This document shows, one piece after another, positions 28,939-37,863 of a stretch of DNA of 64,000 bases. The notes under the pieces are model-generated. The model made no database searches and was not told the origin of the DNA. It saw only the letters and a list, made by a program, of their open reading frames with translations. The stretch is taken from NCBI GenBank assembly GCA_003140935.1, contig PLLJ01000023.1, forward strand, positions 24,824 through 88,823, read 5' to 3'. How positions within the stretch are numbered: position 1 is the stretch's first letter; each line of letters opens with the position of its first letter. This DNA comes from Candidatus Omnitrophota bacterium (GTDB lineage Bacteria; Omnitrophota; Omnitrophia; Omnitrophales; Aquincolibacteriaceae). The translations under genes were made by a program, and so were the position numbers.

Positions 28939-31323
28939 ATGGAAAAAAAGCATATCGATATTCTCATCATTGAGGACAGTCCCGCAGACCGCAAGCTTGC
29001 AGAGCTGATGCTCCAGGAATCGACGGTCCCTTCCTTTGGCATCCGTTATGCCGTCCGCCTTGAAGAAGCCCGGAAAATGCTGGAAACGGAGCCTTTCGAT
29101 ATTATTCTCATGGATCTTGACCTTCCGGATAGTTCCGGGCTGGACGGTTTGAGAAAGATCACGGACAGGCCCGGAAGTCCTCCGGTGGTGGTGCTGACCG
29201 GTCTCGAAGACGAGGCGATGGGTTTGGAGGCTTTGGAAAAAGGGGCCAGTGATTTTCTGGTCAAAGGGCGGCTTACGCTCAATAGCCTGATCCGCAGCCT
29301 TCTCTACGCTCTCACGCGCCGGGAAATGGAACAGAAATTGCTCGACGAACAGCGCAATCTTCAGGCTATCTTCGATGCTGCGAACGTCGGCATGATCTTG
29401 ATCGATGAAACCAGTGCCGTTCAACGGATCAATCGTGTTATTCAGCAATGGACCGGCAAGGGAGCTCCAACGGCCTACGGTGTCCAACCCGGCAATATTT
29501 TGGGATGTATCCACGCTTTGAGCGATTCGGCGGGTTGTGGGCATACGCTGCGTTGCCAAGCATGTCCTATGCGTAAAATCTTCGAAAGTGTACTCCATGC
29601 CGGACAGCCGCTCCACGATATCGAGATGGAAATGACGCTCATGATCGGCAGTGATCAAGCGCATCTCCATCTGGCCGTCAGTGCGGATCCCCTTGTCCTT
29701 AATGGAAAACGGCATGTGATCTTGGCCTTGAATAACATCACCGCGCGCAAGCAGGCCGAAGACGCGTTGCGCCGGAGCCGGGAGGATCTGGACCGGGCCC
29801 AGGCTGTCGGACAGATCGGAAGTTGGCGGCTGGATATCGGCCGGAATATTCTGACATGGTCTGTCGAGAATCATTTCATTTTCGGCGTGCCCGAGGGAAC
29901 GCCTATGACGTATGAAACGTTCCTGGGGATCGTTCATCCCGAGGACCGGCAATATGTGGATGACCGGTGGAAAGCGTGTTTGAACGGCGAACCCTACGAC
30001 ATCGAGCACCGGATCGTGGTGGACGGAGTGGTGAAATGGATTCGCGCGAAGGCTTACCTGGAATACGATGCCGCGGGCAAGTTGCTGGGGGGCTTTGGGA
30101 TCAGCCAGGACATTAGCGAACGCAAACAGATCGAGGAGGCACTACGCGCAAGTCAGGAGCGTCTCGCGCTCGCTGCCGGAGGTACAGGCATCGGAATGTT
30201 TGATTGGGATATTGCGACTGGCGAGGCGGTCGGGACGGAACAACTCCTCCGGATGATCGGACTTCCTGTAACAACAACAACAACGACGACGACGGCGCTT
30301 TCCTATCAGTATTATTACCGGGATTGGGCCAAAGCCATTCATCCAGAAGATATGCCGCACGTCGAAAACGAGATCCGACGTTGCAAGACCGGACGAGTTC
30401 CGTTTAATATTGAGTACCGGGTCGTTTGGCCCAATGGAAGTGAGCATTGGCTCGCCGTCCGCGGTGTATTCCGGTGTGACACGTACGGCGAGCCACAGCA
30501 CATGCTCGGCATTGCGTTTGATATTACTGACCGTAAACATGTTGAGGAGATCCTGAAGCGCGATGTAGAGACTTTTGAACGGATCGCTCAGGAACGCACC
30601 GCGGAACTGTGGGAAGCTCAGCTCAAGCTGGCCCAGAGCAAACGGCTCTCCGATATCGGTGCTTTGGCCGCGACCGTAGCGCATGAACTCCGGACACCGC
30701 TCGGCGTGATCCGCATTGGGGCCTATAATATGAAGCGGAAAACTGAGGACCCGGCGCTGCTCAAGCACATTTCTCATATCGAAACAAAAGTCATTGAGGC
30801 TGACAAGATCATCAGCAATCTTCTCCTTTATTCCCGCATCAAGATGCCCAGCATGGAAGAGGTCCGTCTGTATGATCTTTTGAAGGAGTGCGTGGATCAC
30901 GCAGTAGAAAACTTGAAGGATCATCCGGTCCGGATCCTTTCGCAATTCGATCCTATCCAAAATGAATCCGTGAAACTGGACCCGCTTCAGATCAAGGAGG
31001 TTTTCCACAATATCCTTGCGAATGCGGTGGACGCTTTGGCCAACCGTAAAGACGGACAGATCAAGGTAAGCGCCCTTCGTTACGGTCCGAAGAAAGAAAT
31101 CTCGATCACATTTGAAGATAACGGGATAGGTATCAGTGAGCCGGATCTTAAAAGGATCCACGAACCGTTTTTCACGACCAAATCCAAAGGAACAGGTTTG
31201 GGATTGACGGTCTGCACACAGATCATTCATAACCACGGCGGAAGGATCGAAGTCGCCAGTCAGATAGGCCAAGGTTCAGTTTTTACGGTCATCCTACCGG
31301 TCAGAGAAGGAATGATTGGATGA
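28939..31323 (+). CDS. Cytoplasmic hybrid kinase: REC, three PAS-like domains, HisKA-HATPase
   Basis: IEDS..MDLDLPDS; PAS_3 motifs VHPEDR/IHPED; VAHELRTP, FFTTK..GTGLGL. Confidence 0.92.
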   Translation: MEKKHIDILIIEDSPADRKLAELMLQESTVPSFGIRYAVRLEEARKMLETEPFDIILMDLDLPDSSGLDGLRKITDRPGSPPVVVLTGLEDEAMGLEALEKGASDFLVKGRLTLNSLIRSLLYALTRREMEQKLLDEQRNLQAIFDAANVGMILIDETSAVQRINRVIQQWTGKGAPTAYGVQPGNILGCIHALSDSAGCGHTLRCQACPMRKIFESVLHAGQPLHDIEMEMTLMIGSDQAHLHLAVSADPLVLNGKRHVILALNNITARKQAEDALRRSREDLDRAQAVGQIGSWRLDIGRNILTWSVENHFIFGVPEGTPMTYETFLGIVHPEDRQYVDDRWKACLNGEPYDIEHRIVVDGVVKWIRAKAYLEYDAAGKLLGGFGISQDISERKQIEEALRASQERLALAAGGTGIGMFDWDIATGEAVGTEQLLRMIGLPVTTTTTTTTALSYQYYYRDWAKAIHPEDMPHVENEIRRCKTGRVPFNIEYRVVWPNGSEHWLAVRGVFRCDTYGEPQHMLGIAFDITDRKHVEEILKRDVETFERIAQERTAELWEAQLKLAQSKRLSDIGALAATVAHELRTPLGVIRIGAYNMKRKTEDPALLKHISHIETKVIEADKIISNLLLYSRIKMPSMEEVRLYDLLKECVDHAVENLKDHPVRILSQFDPIQNESVKLDPLQIKEVFHNILANAVDALANRKDGQIKVSALRYGPKKEISITFEDNGIGISEPDLKRIHEPFFTTKSKGTGLGLTVCTQIIHNHGGRIEVASQIGQGSVFTVILPVREGMIG
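30271..30294 (+). repeat. In-frame (ACA)4(ACG)4 microsatellite encoding Thr8
   Basis: acaacaacaacaacgacgacgacg. Confidence 0.9.
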
Positions 31324-31724
31324 GTTCCAAGATCCTGATCATTGATGATGATGAGATGCTCTGCGAGGAGCTCGCCGAGATCCTTACCGGGAACGGGTAT
31401 GATGTGACAACGGCCTTTGACGGCCAGGAGGGTCTCGATGCGATCCAAAGAGCCCCTTATGATCTGGTTCTTTTAGACATTAAAATGCCTCACATGAACG
31501 GGCTCGAAGCCTTAAAAGAGATCAAGAAAAGCAAAACTGCCCCGAAAGTGATCATCCTGAGCGCCAACCATTCGGTCAATGTTTTTTTAGGCGAGACGGT
31601 GGATATACCCCATGATTATCCGCAACAAATTCTTGAACTTGCGGACGGCGTCATGAATAAACCCTACGATGTCGAAACCCTTCTCGCCAGGATCCGGGGT
31701 TTGCTGAGCGTACCGCGTTCCTGA
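31320..31724 (+). CDS. Single-domain response regulator
   Basis: IIDDD, LLDIKMP, NKPY. Confidence 0.9.
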   Translation: MSSKILIIDDDEMLCEELAEILTGNGYDVTTAFDGQEGLDAIQRAPYDLVLLDIKMPHMNGLEALKEIKKSKTAPKVIILSANHSVNVFLGETVDIPHDYPQQILELADGVMNKPYDVETLLARIRGLLSVPRS

Positions 31725-31790
31725 TCAAAGCCTTCTCCGGGAAAACTTCCCCCTGTTATTTACCCCTTTTTCTCATTTCCCGGCCCAGTA

Positions 31791-31851
31791 GAAACAAGTC
31801 AAGAAAAAGGGGATACCTTCTATTCTGTTTTTCTGATCTCACAGCTATGCT
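31791..31851 (+). promoter_or_regulatory. Regulon motif copy 5 plus -10
   Basis: GAAACAAGTCAAGAAAAAGGGGA, 32 nt, TATGCT at 31846. Confidence 0.75.
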
Positions 31852-31883
31852 TCTCTCAGGCAGGTGAAAGCGAAGGAGATGCG

Positions 31884-32030
31884 ATGAAGAAAGGAAGGAA
31901 AGCGAAAAGATCAGCAAAAACTCTATACGGTTGCAAGTACTGTGAATATGAGTCGGCCGCAAAAGAAATATGCTGCGGAGAAACGATACGGCCAAACCAT
32001 AAAACAGATAACGAAAGGGGGCTGCCATGA
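31884..32030 (+). CDS. 48-aa desulforedoxin-like microprotein (not in the ORF track)
   Basis: AAGGAG RBS; MKKGRKAKRSAKTLYGCKYCEYESAAKEICCGETIRPNHKTDNERGLP; ATGA coupling to the next ORF. Confidence 0.72.
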   Translation: MKKGRKAKRSAKTLYGCKYCEYESAAKEICCGETIRPNHKTDNERGLP

Positions 32031-32224
32031 GCGCTTGGCGTGATACCTACGAAGATATGACTTATTTTCCAAGGGTTCTCCGGAGGATCCGGCATCAAAA
32101 TAATATGATGACCATCCAGCATCTTCTGGAAGAGGCGTTTGATGGAAACCAACGCCTCCGTGAGTTTTGGAATGAGGTCGAAAAAGAGAACGGCGAGCGG
32201 TCGCAGGAATGGGAGGGTGAATGA
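32027..32224 (+). CDS. Hypothetical 65-aa protein
   Basis: ATGA overlaps on both sides; purine-rich RBS. Confidence 0.6.
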   Translation: MSAWRDTYEDMTYFPRVLRRIRHQNNMMTIQHLLEEAFDGNQRLREFWNEVEKENGERSQEWEGE

Positions 32225-32631
32225 ACGCCGATCCGGTGAATTCGGGTGGTCCCGTTGAAAATGCAATGACGGTGCTGGCCGTTGATGATGACGAGATCTT
32301 TTTGGAGGAACTGAGCGATGTGCTTGCGTCAAGCGGCTACGAAGTGGTCACGATAACCGACCCTCGAAAGGCTGTGGATGCGGCACTCGAAGCCAGGCCG
32401 GCGGTGATCCTTATGGATATGAAGATGCCCGGCAAAAGCGGGCTCGAGATCGCGCATGAAATGCGGTACCGGCCTGCCTTGGCCCATGTTCCGATCATTG
32501 CCATGAGCGGTTTTTTAAAAGAAAGCAACCTGCCCTTCATGGAAACATGTGGGATCAAAAAATGCCTTAAAAAACCGTTCAATCCTCTGGATATTATTTG
32601 GGAGATCGAAGAAGTATTGAAGAAGGAATGA
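32221..32631 (+). CDS. Single-domain response regulator
   Basis: AVDDD, LMDMKMPG, AMSG, KKPF. Confidence 0.9.
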   Translation: MNADPVNSGGPVENAMTVLAVDDDEIFLEELSDVLASSGYEVVTITDPRKAVDAALEARPAVILMDMKMPGKSGLEIAHEMRYRPALAHVPIIAMSGFLKESNLPFMETCGIKKCLKKPFNPLDIIWEIEEVLKKE

Positions 32632-32665
32632 ACGTGGGCTGTATGTCACGAGGGGAGTTCCAAAC

Positions 32666-33064
32666 ATGAAATTGACCGCGATCGATCAGCAAGCTTCTGC
32701 CAATGGGAAGAGACAGGGGGTTTCGGACAGGCGATCTTCATCCGGACTTGCGAGCGACGGGACGATCAGCCAGCTCTTTCGCGCCTATTTCAACAACAAG
32801 ATGACGCTCCTGATCTTCCTCATCCAGGCCAAGACCCTTAAACTCAATTCACAGACGGTGGAAGAGATCTCCCGGTTTCTCGATGACATTTTTCACCATA
32901 TGTTGATCGGTGAAGCCCAACGGCAATACCAAGAGGCCTTTGAATTTCTTAAATCATTCTTCCGTGCTCTTCCCGATGTATCCCAAGAGCAGAGGGACCT
33001 GGCGAAAGAATTTATCCGCGATCTTTATCAAGCGGTGGGAATCGATCTCAAAGCTGATATTTGA
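32666..33064 (+). CDS. Hypothetical helical protein
   Basis: GGGGAG RBS; fills the gap in the operon. Confidence 0.6.
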   Translation: MKLTAIDQQASANGKRQGVSDRRSSSGLASDGTISQLFRAYFNNKMTLLIFLIQAKTLKLNSQTVEEISRFLDDIFHHMLIGEAQRQYQEAFEFLKSFFRALPDVSQEQRDLAKEFIRDLYQAVGIDLKADI

Positions 33065-33151
33065 TCGTGAGTTGACAAAAGGCGGTTTTTCTTAACATCG
33101 CGCACACTTTAACGTACGCAACAACGGTGCTACACAAACAAAGGGGGAGTC

Positions 33152-33595
33152 ATGGAAGAAGTGAAATCAAAACTCGCTGTGATGATGAATAAAGCTTTAG
33201 AACTGGAACATGCCGCGAGGATCCAGTATCTCACGCATGCAGAGCTGATTCAGGGGCTGAATGCGGAGCCGATCCGGGATCGCCTTAAAGAGATCGCATC
33301 CGATGAAGCGAAGCATGAAGAGAAATTCCGCACCCTCATCAGCGATTATCTCGGCGGCGTTCCGTGCATGGGGCTCGCTCTTACGCATCCCGGGAAGGAC
33401 ATCCCGGGAATCCTGAAGACGAACCTGGCGAACGAAAAGGAAGCAATCGATTTTTACAGGCAGATCTACCGTAAGGTGACGGAGTCGAAGGATTCCCTGC
33501 CGTACGAATTTGAAACGCTCGAGCACGAGGTCCGGCACATTATTATCGAGGAGCAGGAGCATGTGACCGAACTCGCATTGCTTTTGGCGGAGTGA
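33152..33595 (+). CDS. Ferritin-like (bacterioferritin/rubrerythrin fold) protein
   Basis: Di-iron pattern E..A..QY, DEAKH, EKEAIDFY, EEQEH. Confidence 0.85.
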   Translation: MEEVKSKLAVMMNKALELEHAARIQYLTHAELIQGLNAEPIRDRLKEIASDEAKHEEKFRTLISDYLGGVPCMGLALTHPGKDIPGILKTNLANEKEAIDFYRQIYRKVTESKDSLPYEFETLEHEVRHIIIEEQEHVTELALLLAE

Positions 33596-33605
33596 GGAAC
33601 GGAAA

Positions 33606-34127
33606 TTGGAAAAACAAAAAAGTCGACCTCGAAAAACGGCGATTCTTATCGAAGACCAATACCAAGTATTGGAAGCGTGGTATCCCTATCTCCGGCTGAA
33701 AGAAGAGGGGATCGCGTCTGTGTTCGTGGGGACCGGAAAAAAAGTCTATACAAGCAAGGAAGGTTATCCCGCTGAGGCGGAGATCTCGGTCCAGCACATA
33801 AAATCCGGGGATTTCGACGGCGTGATCATCCCGGGAGGCTACGCTCCGGACATCCTCAGGCGGTACAAGGAAGTCGTTGATTTTGTCAAAGTCATGCATG
33901 AGGAGAAGAAACTTGTTGCCGCGATATGCCACGGGGGATGGCTTCTCGCGTCGGCAGGGATCCTCCGTGATAGAAAAGTCACGGGGTTCTTCGCCATCAA
34001 GGACGATCTGATCAACGCGGGCGGCCGCTATGAGGACCGAGAGGTTGTCGTGGACGGAAATCTCGTGACGTCCCGGAAACCCGAAGATCTGCCCGCTTTC
34101 TGCAGGGAGATCCTCCGTTTTTTTTGA
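33606..34127 (+). CDS. pfpI: PfpI/DJ-1 family protease/deglycase
   Basis: IPGGYAPD, AAICHGG, VVVDGNLVTSR.PEDLP. Confidence 0.9.
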   Translation: MEKQKSRPRKTAILIEDQYQVLEAWYPYLRLKEEGIASVFVGTGKKVYTSKEGYPAEAEISVQHIKSGDFDGVIIPGGYAPDILRRYKEVVDFVKVMHEEKKLVAAICHGGWLLASAGILRDRKVTGFFAIKDDLINAGGRYEDREVVVDGNLVTSRKPEDLPAFCREILRFF

Positions 34128-34159
34128 ACCATGCACTTAACAAAAGGAAGAGCCGATCC

Positions 34160-34711
34160 ATGAAAAAATCATGGGGTTTGTATTTGCTGGGGCTCGTCAT
34201 GATGGTTGCCATGCTGGGACCTGGGCCGGCTTATGCGAAGGCCGCTAAGGAGATCGATGCGAGCGTCGATGTCGCGTTGGAACATTTCCAAAAGAATGTA
34301 CACGACGGAAAAAACCTTCTTCAGAAAGCCAAAGGGGTGCTTGTTTTTCCGGGCATGATCAAGGGTGGTTTCGGGTTGGGTGCTGAATACGGGGAAGGCG
34401 CTCTCAGGATCCAGGGCAAGACCGTGGATTATTACAATATGATCAGCGGCTCGCTCGGATTTCAACTCGGCGGTCAATCCCGGAGGGTCTTTATTCTCTT
34501 TATGGAACCTGAGGCGCTCCAGAAGTTCCGCGCCGACCCGAAATGGCTCGGAGGACTCAATGCGTCAGGGGTCCTGATCGATGCGGGAGGCGAAGGTTCG
34601 ATGGACACGATGAAAGCGAACCAGCCGATCATGACCTTTGTCCTCGATCAAAAGGGATTGATGTATGACCTCAATCTGGAAGTGGGAAGGATCCATAAGA
34701 TCCAAAAATAG
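34160..34711 (+). CDS. Secreted YSC84/SYLF-domain protein
   Basis: Signal peptide; AKGVLVFP..KGGFG.G.EYGEGAL, GFQLGGQ, QKGLM. Confidence 0.85.
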   Translation: MKKSWGLYLLGLVMMVAMLGPGPAYAKAAKEIDASVDVALEHFQKNVHDGKNLLQKAKGVLVFPGMIKGGFGLGAEYGEGALRIQGKTVDYYNMISGSLGFQLGGQSRRVFILFMEPEALQKFRADPKWLGGLNASGVLIDAGGEGSMDTMKANQPIMTFVLDQKGLMYDLNLEVGRIHKIQK

Positions 34712-34723
34712 CGGATATGATCT

Positions 34724-36250
34724 ATGAAGATACCCCCCATATTTCAAGAAGTGATCCAAGAGGATGTGCGGGGCGTATGGCATGCCGGTCATCTGATCGG
34801 CGGAGAATGGCTTAGAAAGACCGCCGGACAGGAACTTTTAGTCACAAGTCCCGTTGATGGACGGGCCGTGGCGCGGTTGCCCAAGGCATCTTCCGAAGAC
34901 GTGAACTTGGCAGTGGCCGCCGCGGAGGCGGCTCAACCCCGTGTCCGGGAGATCGCGGCGATCGACCGGATCGCTCTCTTTAGCCGTGTTCAGCGGCTTT
35001 TGGAGGAACACCGGGATTTTTTCAAGTTCCTGCTGCTTTGGGAAGGCGGCAAGCCCGCGCACGAGGCGCTCGGAGAGATCGCGGCCACCCTAGAACGCCT
35101 CCATATGACGATGCAGGAGGCGAAAAAGATCACCGGAGAATATATTCCGGGCGATTGGTCTCATGATACGGTCGGCAAGATCGGGATCGTGATGAATGAA
35201 CCTGTCGGTATCGTCGCCGCGATCACCGCTTTTAATTATCCCCTCTATATCCCGGCGGCCAAGATCATCCCGGCGCTTTTAGCGGGAAACGCCGTGGTGG
35301 CAAAGCCGGCCAGTGTGGTTCCTTTAACGCTTCTTTGTTTTGCGAGACTTGTCGAGGAGGCGGGTTTTCCCAAAGGGGCGATCAACGTGGTCATGGGTTC
35401 AAGCCAGGTGGGGGACACTCTCGTGGGGAATTCCAGAGTAAGAGTCGTAAGTTTTACGGGTTCCACCGAGATCGGTCAGCATATCGCCATGACCGCGGGA
35501 ATTAAAAAACTTCATTTGGAACTCGGGGGAAAGGGGGTTGCGATCGTTCTGGAAGATAGCGACCTGGAGTTTGCTGCTCAAAAATGTGTGGAGGGGTCTT
35601 TGAAGAATGCGGGGCAACGATGCGACGCGATCAGTTCGGTCCTGGTGATCGGGAAAGTGGCGGATGAGTTGGTGAACCGGATGCAGAAGGCGATCTTGAA
35701 ATGGCCGGGAGGAGATCCGCGCGAAGCGAAGACCAAAGTGGGTCCTCTGATCAACGAAGCCGCGGCCATCCGGGTGGCCAAGCTTATCGAAGATGCCGTT
35801 GAAAAGGGCGCAAAAATACTTTGCGGAGGAAAACGGAACGGTGCTTATCTTGAGCCGACGCTCCTGGATGAAGTCCCCGGCAACGCGAGGATCGTGACGG
35901 AAGAAACTTTTGGGCCTGTCGTTTCTGTGATCCGTATCAAAGACGAAGAGGAAGCCGTGGCGATCGCCGCGCGGCCGCGTTACGGATTGGATTCCTGCAT
36001 CTTTACGAATGATTATTACCGGATGTGGAAACTCGCCAAACATCTTGAGGTGGGGAGTGTCACGATCAATGATCTGCCGCGTCATGGGGTCGGATATTTC
36101 CCCTTTGGCGGGGTCCGGAATTCCGGGATCGGCCGGGAAGGTGTCGGGTACAGCATCCAGGAGATGACACAGTACAAGACGGTCATCTTCAACCTCGAAC
36201 CTGCGGGTCTTGGAAAAAAACATCTGCCAGAAGAAGGCGTTCCGTCATGA
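34724..36250 (+). CDS. Aldehyde dehydrogenase (GapN/lactaldehyde dehydrogenase-like)
   Basis: FNYP, SFTGS, ELGGK, AGQRC, EETFGP. Confidence 0.93.
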   Translation: MKIPPIFQEVIQEDVRGVWHAGHLIGGEWLRKTAGQELLVTSPVDGRAVARLPKASSEDVNLAVAAAEAAQPRVREIAAIDRIALFSRVQRLLEEHRDFFKFLLLWEGGKPAHEALGEIAATLERLHMTMQEAKKITGEYIPGDWSHDTVGKIGIVMNEPVGIVAAITAFNYPLYIPAAKIIPALLAGNAVVAKPASVVPLTLLCFARLVEEAGFPKGAINVVMGSSQVGDTLVGNSRVRVVSFTGSTEIGQHIAMTAGIKKLHLELGGKGVAIVLEDSDLEFAAQKCVEGSLKNAGQRCDAISSVLVIGKVADELVNRMQKAILKWPGGDPREAKTKVGPLINEAAAIRVAKLIEDAVEKGAKILCGGKRNGAYLEPTLLDEVPGNARIVTEETFGPVVSVIRIKDEEEAVAIAARPRYGLDSCIFTNDYYRMWKLAKHLEVGSVTINDLPRHGVGYFPFGGVRNSGIGREGVGYSIQEMTQYKTVIFNLEPAGLGKKHLPEEGVPS

Positions 36251-37863
36251 ATACCGTAGGTTTCTTTTTTCAGAATCATTTGGGGGCCATTTTTCTTGTC
36301 TACGGACTTGCCTTTGTCGTGATGGGACTTGTGATCTTCGCCCAGCCGATCGCGGAAAGCCGGTTCAAGCTGGCAAAGATCATACGGCAATTAGGATGGT
36401 TCGGAGTCCTCCACGGGATCAACGAATGGCTGGATGGGTGGGCACAGCTCTATGGGCGGAACATGCCTTTGGATATATTACGTTTGGGGATGATCGCTGC
36501 TTCCTATCTCTTCCTGTTCGAATTCGGAAGGCGACTTTTCCGGCTTGAAATGGAAAAATACCCGGCCGGTCTGAAGGAAATCGCGGGTTGTTTCACAAAG
36601 GTGATAAGCCCCGCTTTGGCGGTTTTTATCGTCGGGGCCTCGTTCTTTGCGCCGGACCCCTGGAGAACGGGAATGACCTGGACGCGGTATCTTCTCGGCT
36701 TTCCGGGGGGCCTTTTGATCAGTGCGGGGTTTTTCTTCTATTACAAATACACAAAAAAAATATTAGAGCCTCTTGGAGCAAAGAAATATTTTAACGCGGA
36801 TGCCCTCGCTTTTCTTCTCTACGGGATCCTGGCGGGGTTGATCGTCCCGCGTGGCCTTCAGGGCCCCTGGCAATGGCTGAAGTTAGAATCTTTTTTTTCA
36901 GATATTGGGATCCCGCTGCAGGTATTCCGGACTGCATGCGCGATCATTGCGGGTTGGGCGACGATCGGAATGCTCAGGATCTTCCAACTGGCAACGATCA
37001 GGGATTTGGAGAAAGAGATCGCCCGGAGTAAGCGCCTTGAGATGGAACGCGAGTGGCTCAACAATGAACTCGTGAGACTTAATGAGAAACTCGTGGCGCT
37101 CGACAAGCGTAAATCCGATGTTGTGGCGATGGTTTCGCACGAATTCCGGGGCCCTCTGGGGATCCTCCAGGAAGCGATCGACCTGCTCCTTCAGGGCCAT
37201 GGCGGAGATCTTGGCCCGGATCAGAGAGGATTGCTTGAGATGGTGAAGCGAAGCATTGCCAGGCTGATCCGGCTGGTGACGGGCGTTCTTGATATTTCCA
37301 AGATCGAAGCCGGAAAGATAGAATTGAAAAAGGAACGGATCGATCTTCCGGCACTCATCGATGAGGTCGTCGCGCTCCACGGAAAGAAGATGGCTGATAA
37401 ACAGATCGTATTCCAAAAAAAACTTGCTGACGACACCGGCGTGCTTTGGGCTGACCAGGATAAGTTGAGCCAGGTTTTGATCAACTTGCTGGCGAATGCT
37501 ATTCAATACACACCGTCGCATGGAAGTGTCACCGTCGCGGTGGGCGGGACCGAGAGCGAGGTCCGTTTTGAAATATCGGATACGGGTTCCGGGATACCCA
37601 AAGAATATTCAGAAAAGATCTTCGACAGGTTCGAGCGGATCGGTATCGAGAGGCAGGAGGGCACAGGCTTAGGACTGCCGATCGCTAAAGATATCGTCGA
37701 GCTCCACAAGGGGAGGATCTGGGTCGAAAGCGAGGTCGGGAAAGGCAGTAAATTCTGTTTTGTCCTGCCCCGGAATTTCAGACTGCGAACCGATTTTTCC
37801 GAGTTCTCAACTCATAAGGGTGAAGCCTTGAAAGGAGCCCTATGCGATTCTCTACGATGGTAA
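36247..37863 (+). CDS. Sensor histidine kinase with multi-pass N-terminal membrane domain
   Basis: About 7 TM segments; VSHEFRGP, NLLANAI, GTGLGL. Confidence 0.92.
   Translation: MNTVGFFFQNHLGAIFLVYGLAFVVMGLVIFAQPIAESRFKLAKIIRQLGWFGVLHGINEWLDGWAQLYGRNMPLDILRLGMIAASYLFLFEFGRRLFRLEMEKYPAGLKEIAGCFTKVISPALAVFIVGASFFAPDPWRTGMTWTRYLLGFPGGLLISAGFFFYYKYTKKILEPLGAKKYFNADALAFLLYGILAGLIVPRGLQGPWQWLKLESFFSDIGIPLQVFRTACAIIAGWATIGMLRIFQLATIRDLEKEIARSKRLEMEREWLNNELVRLNEKLVALDKRKSDVVAMVSHEFRGPLGILQEAIDLLLQGHGGDLGPDQRGLLEMVKRSIARLIRLVTGVLDISKIEAGKIELKKERIDLPALIDEVVALHGKKMADKQIVFQKKLADDTGVLWADQDKLSQVLINLLANAIQYTPSHGSVTVAVGGTESEVRFEISDTGSGIPKEYSEKIFDRFERIGIERQEGTGLGLPIAKDIVELHKGRIWVESEVGKGSKFCFVLPRNFRLRTDFSEFSTHKGEALKGALCDSLRW

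Noticed and set aside
28918-31272. Two long antisense ORFs (363 and 376 aa)
   Set aside because: Mirror frames of the hybrid kinase.
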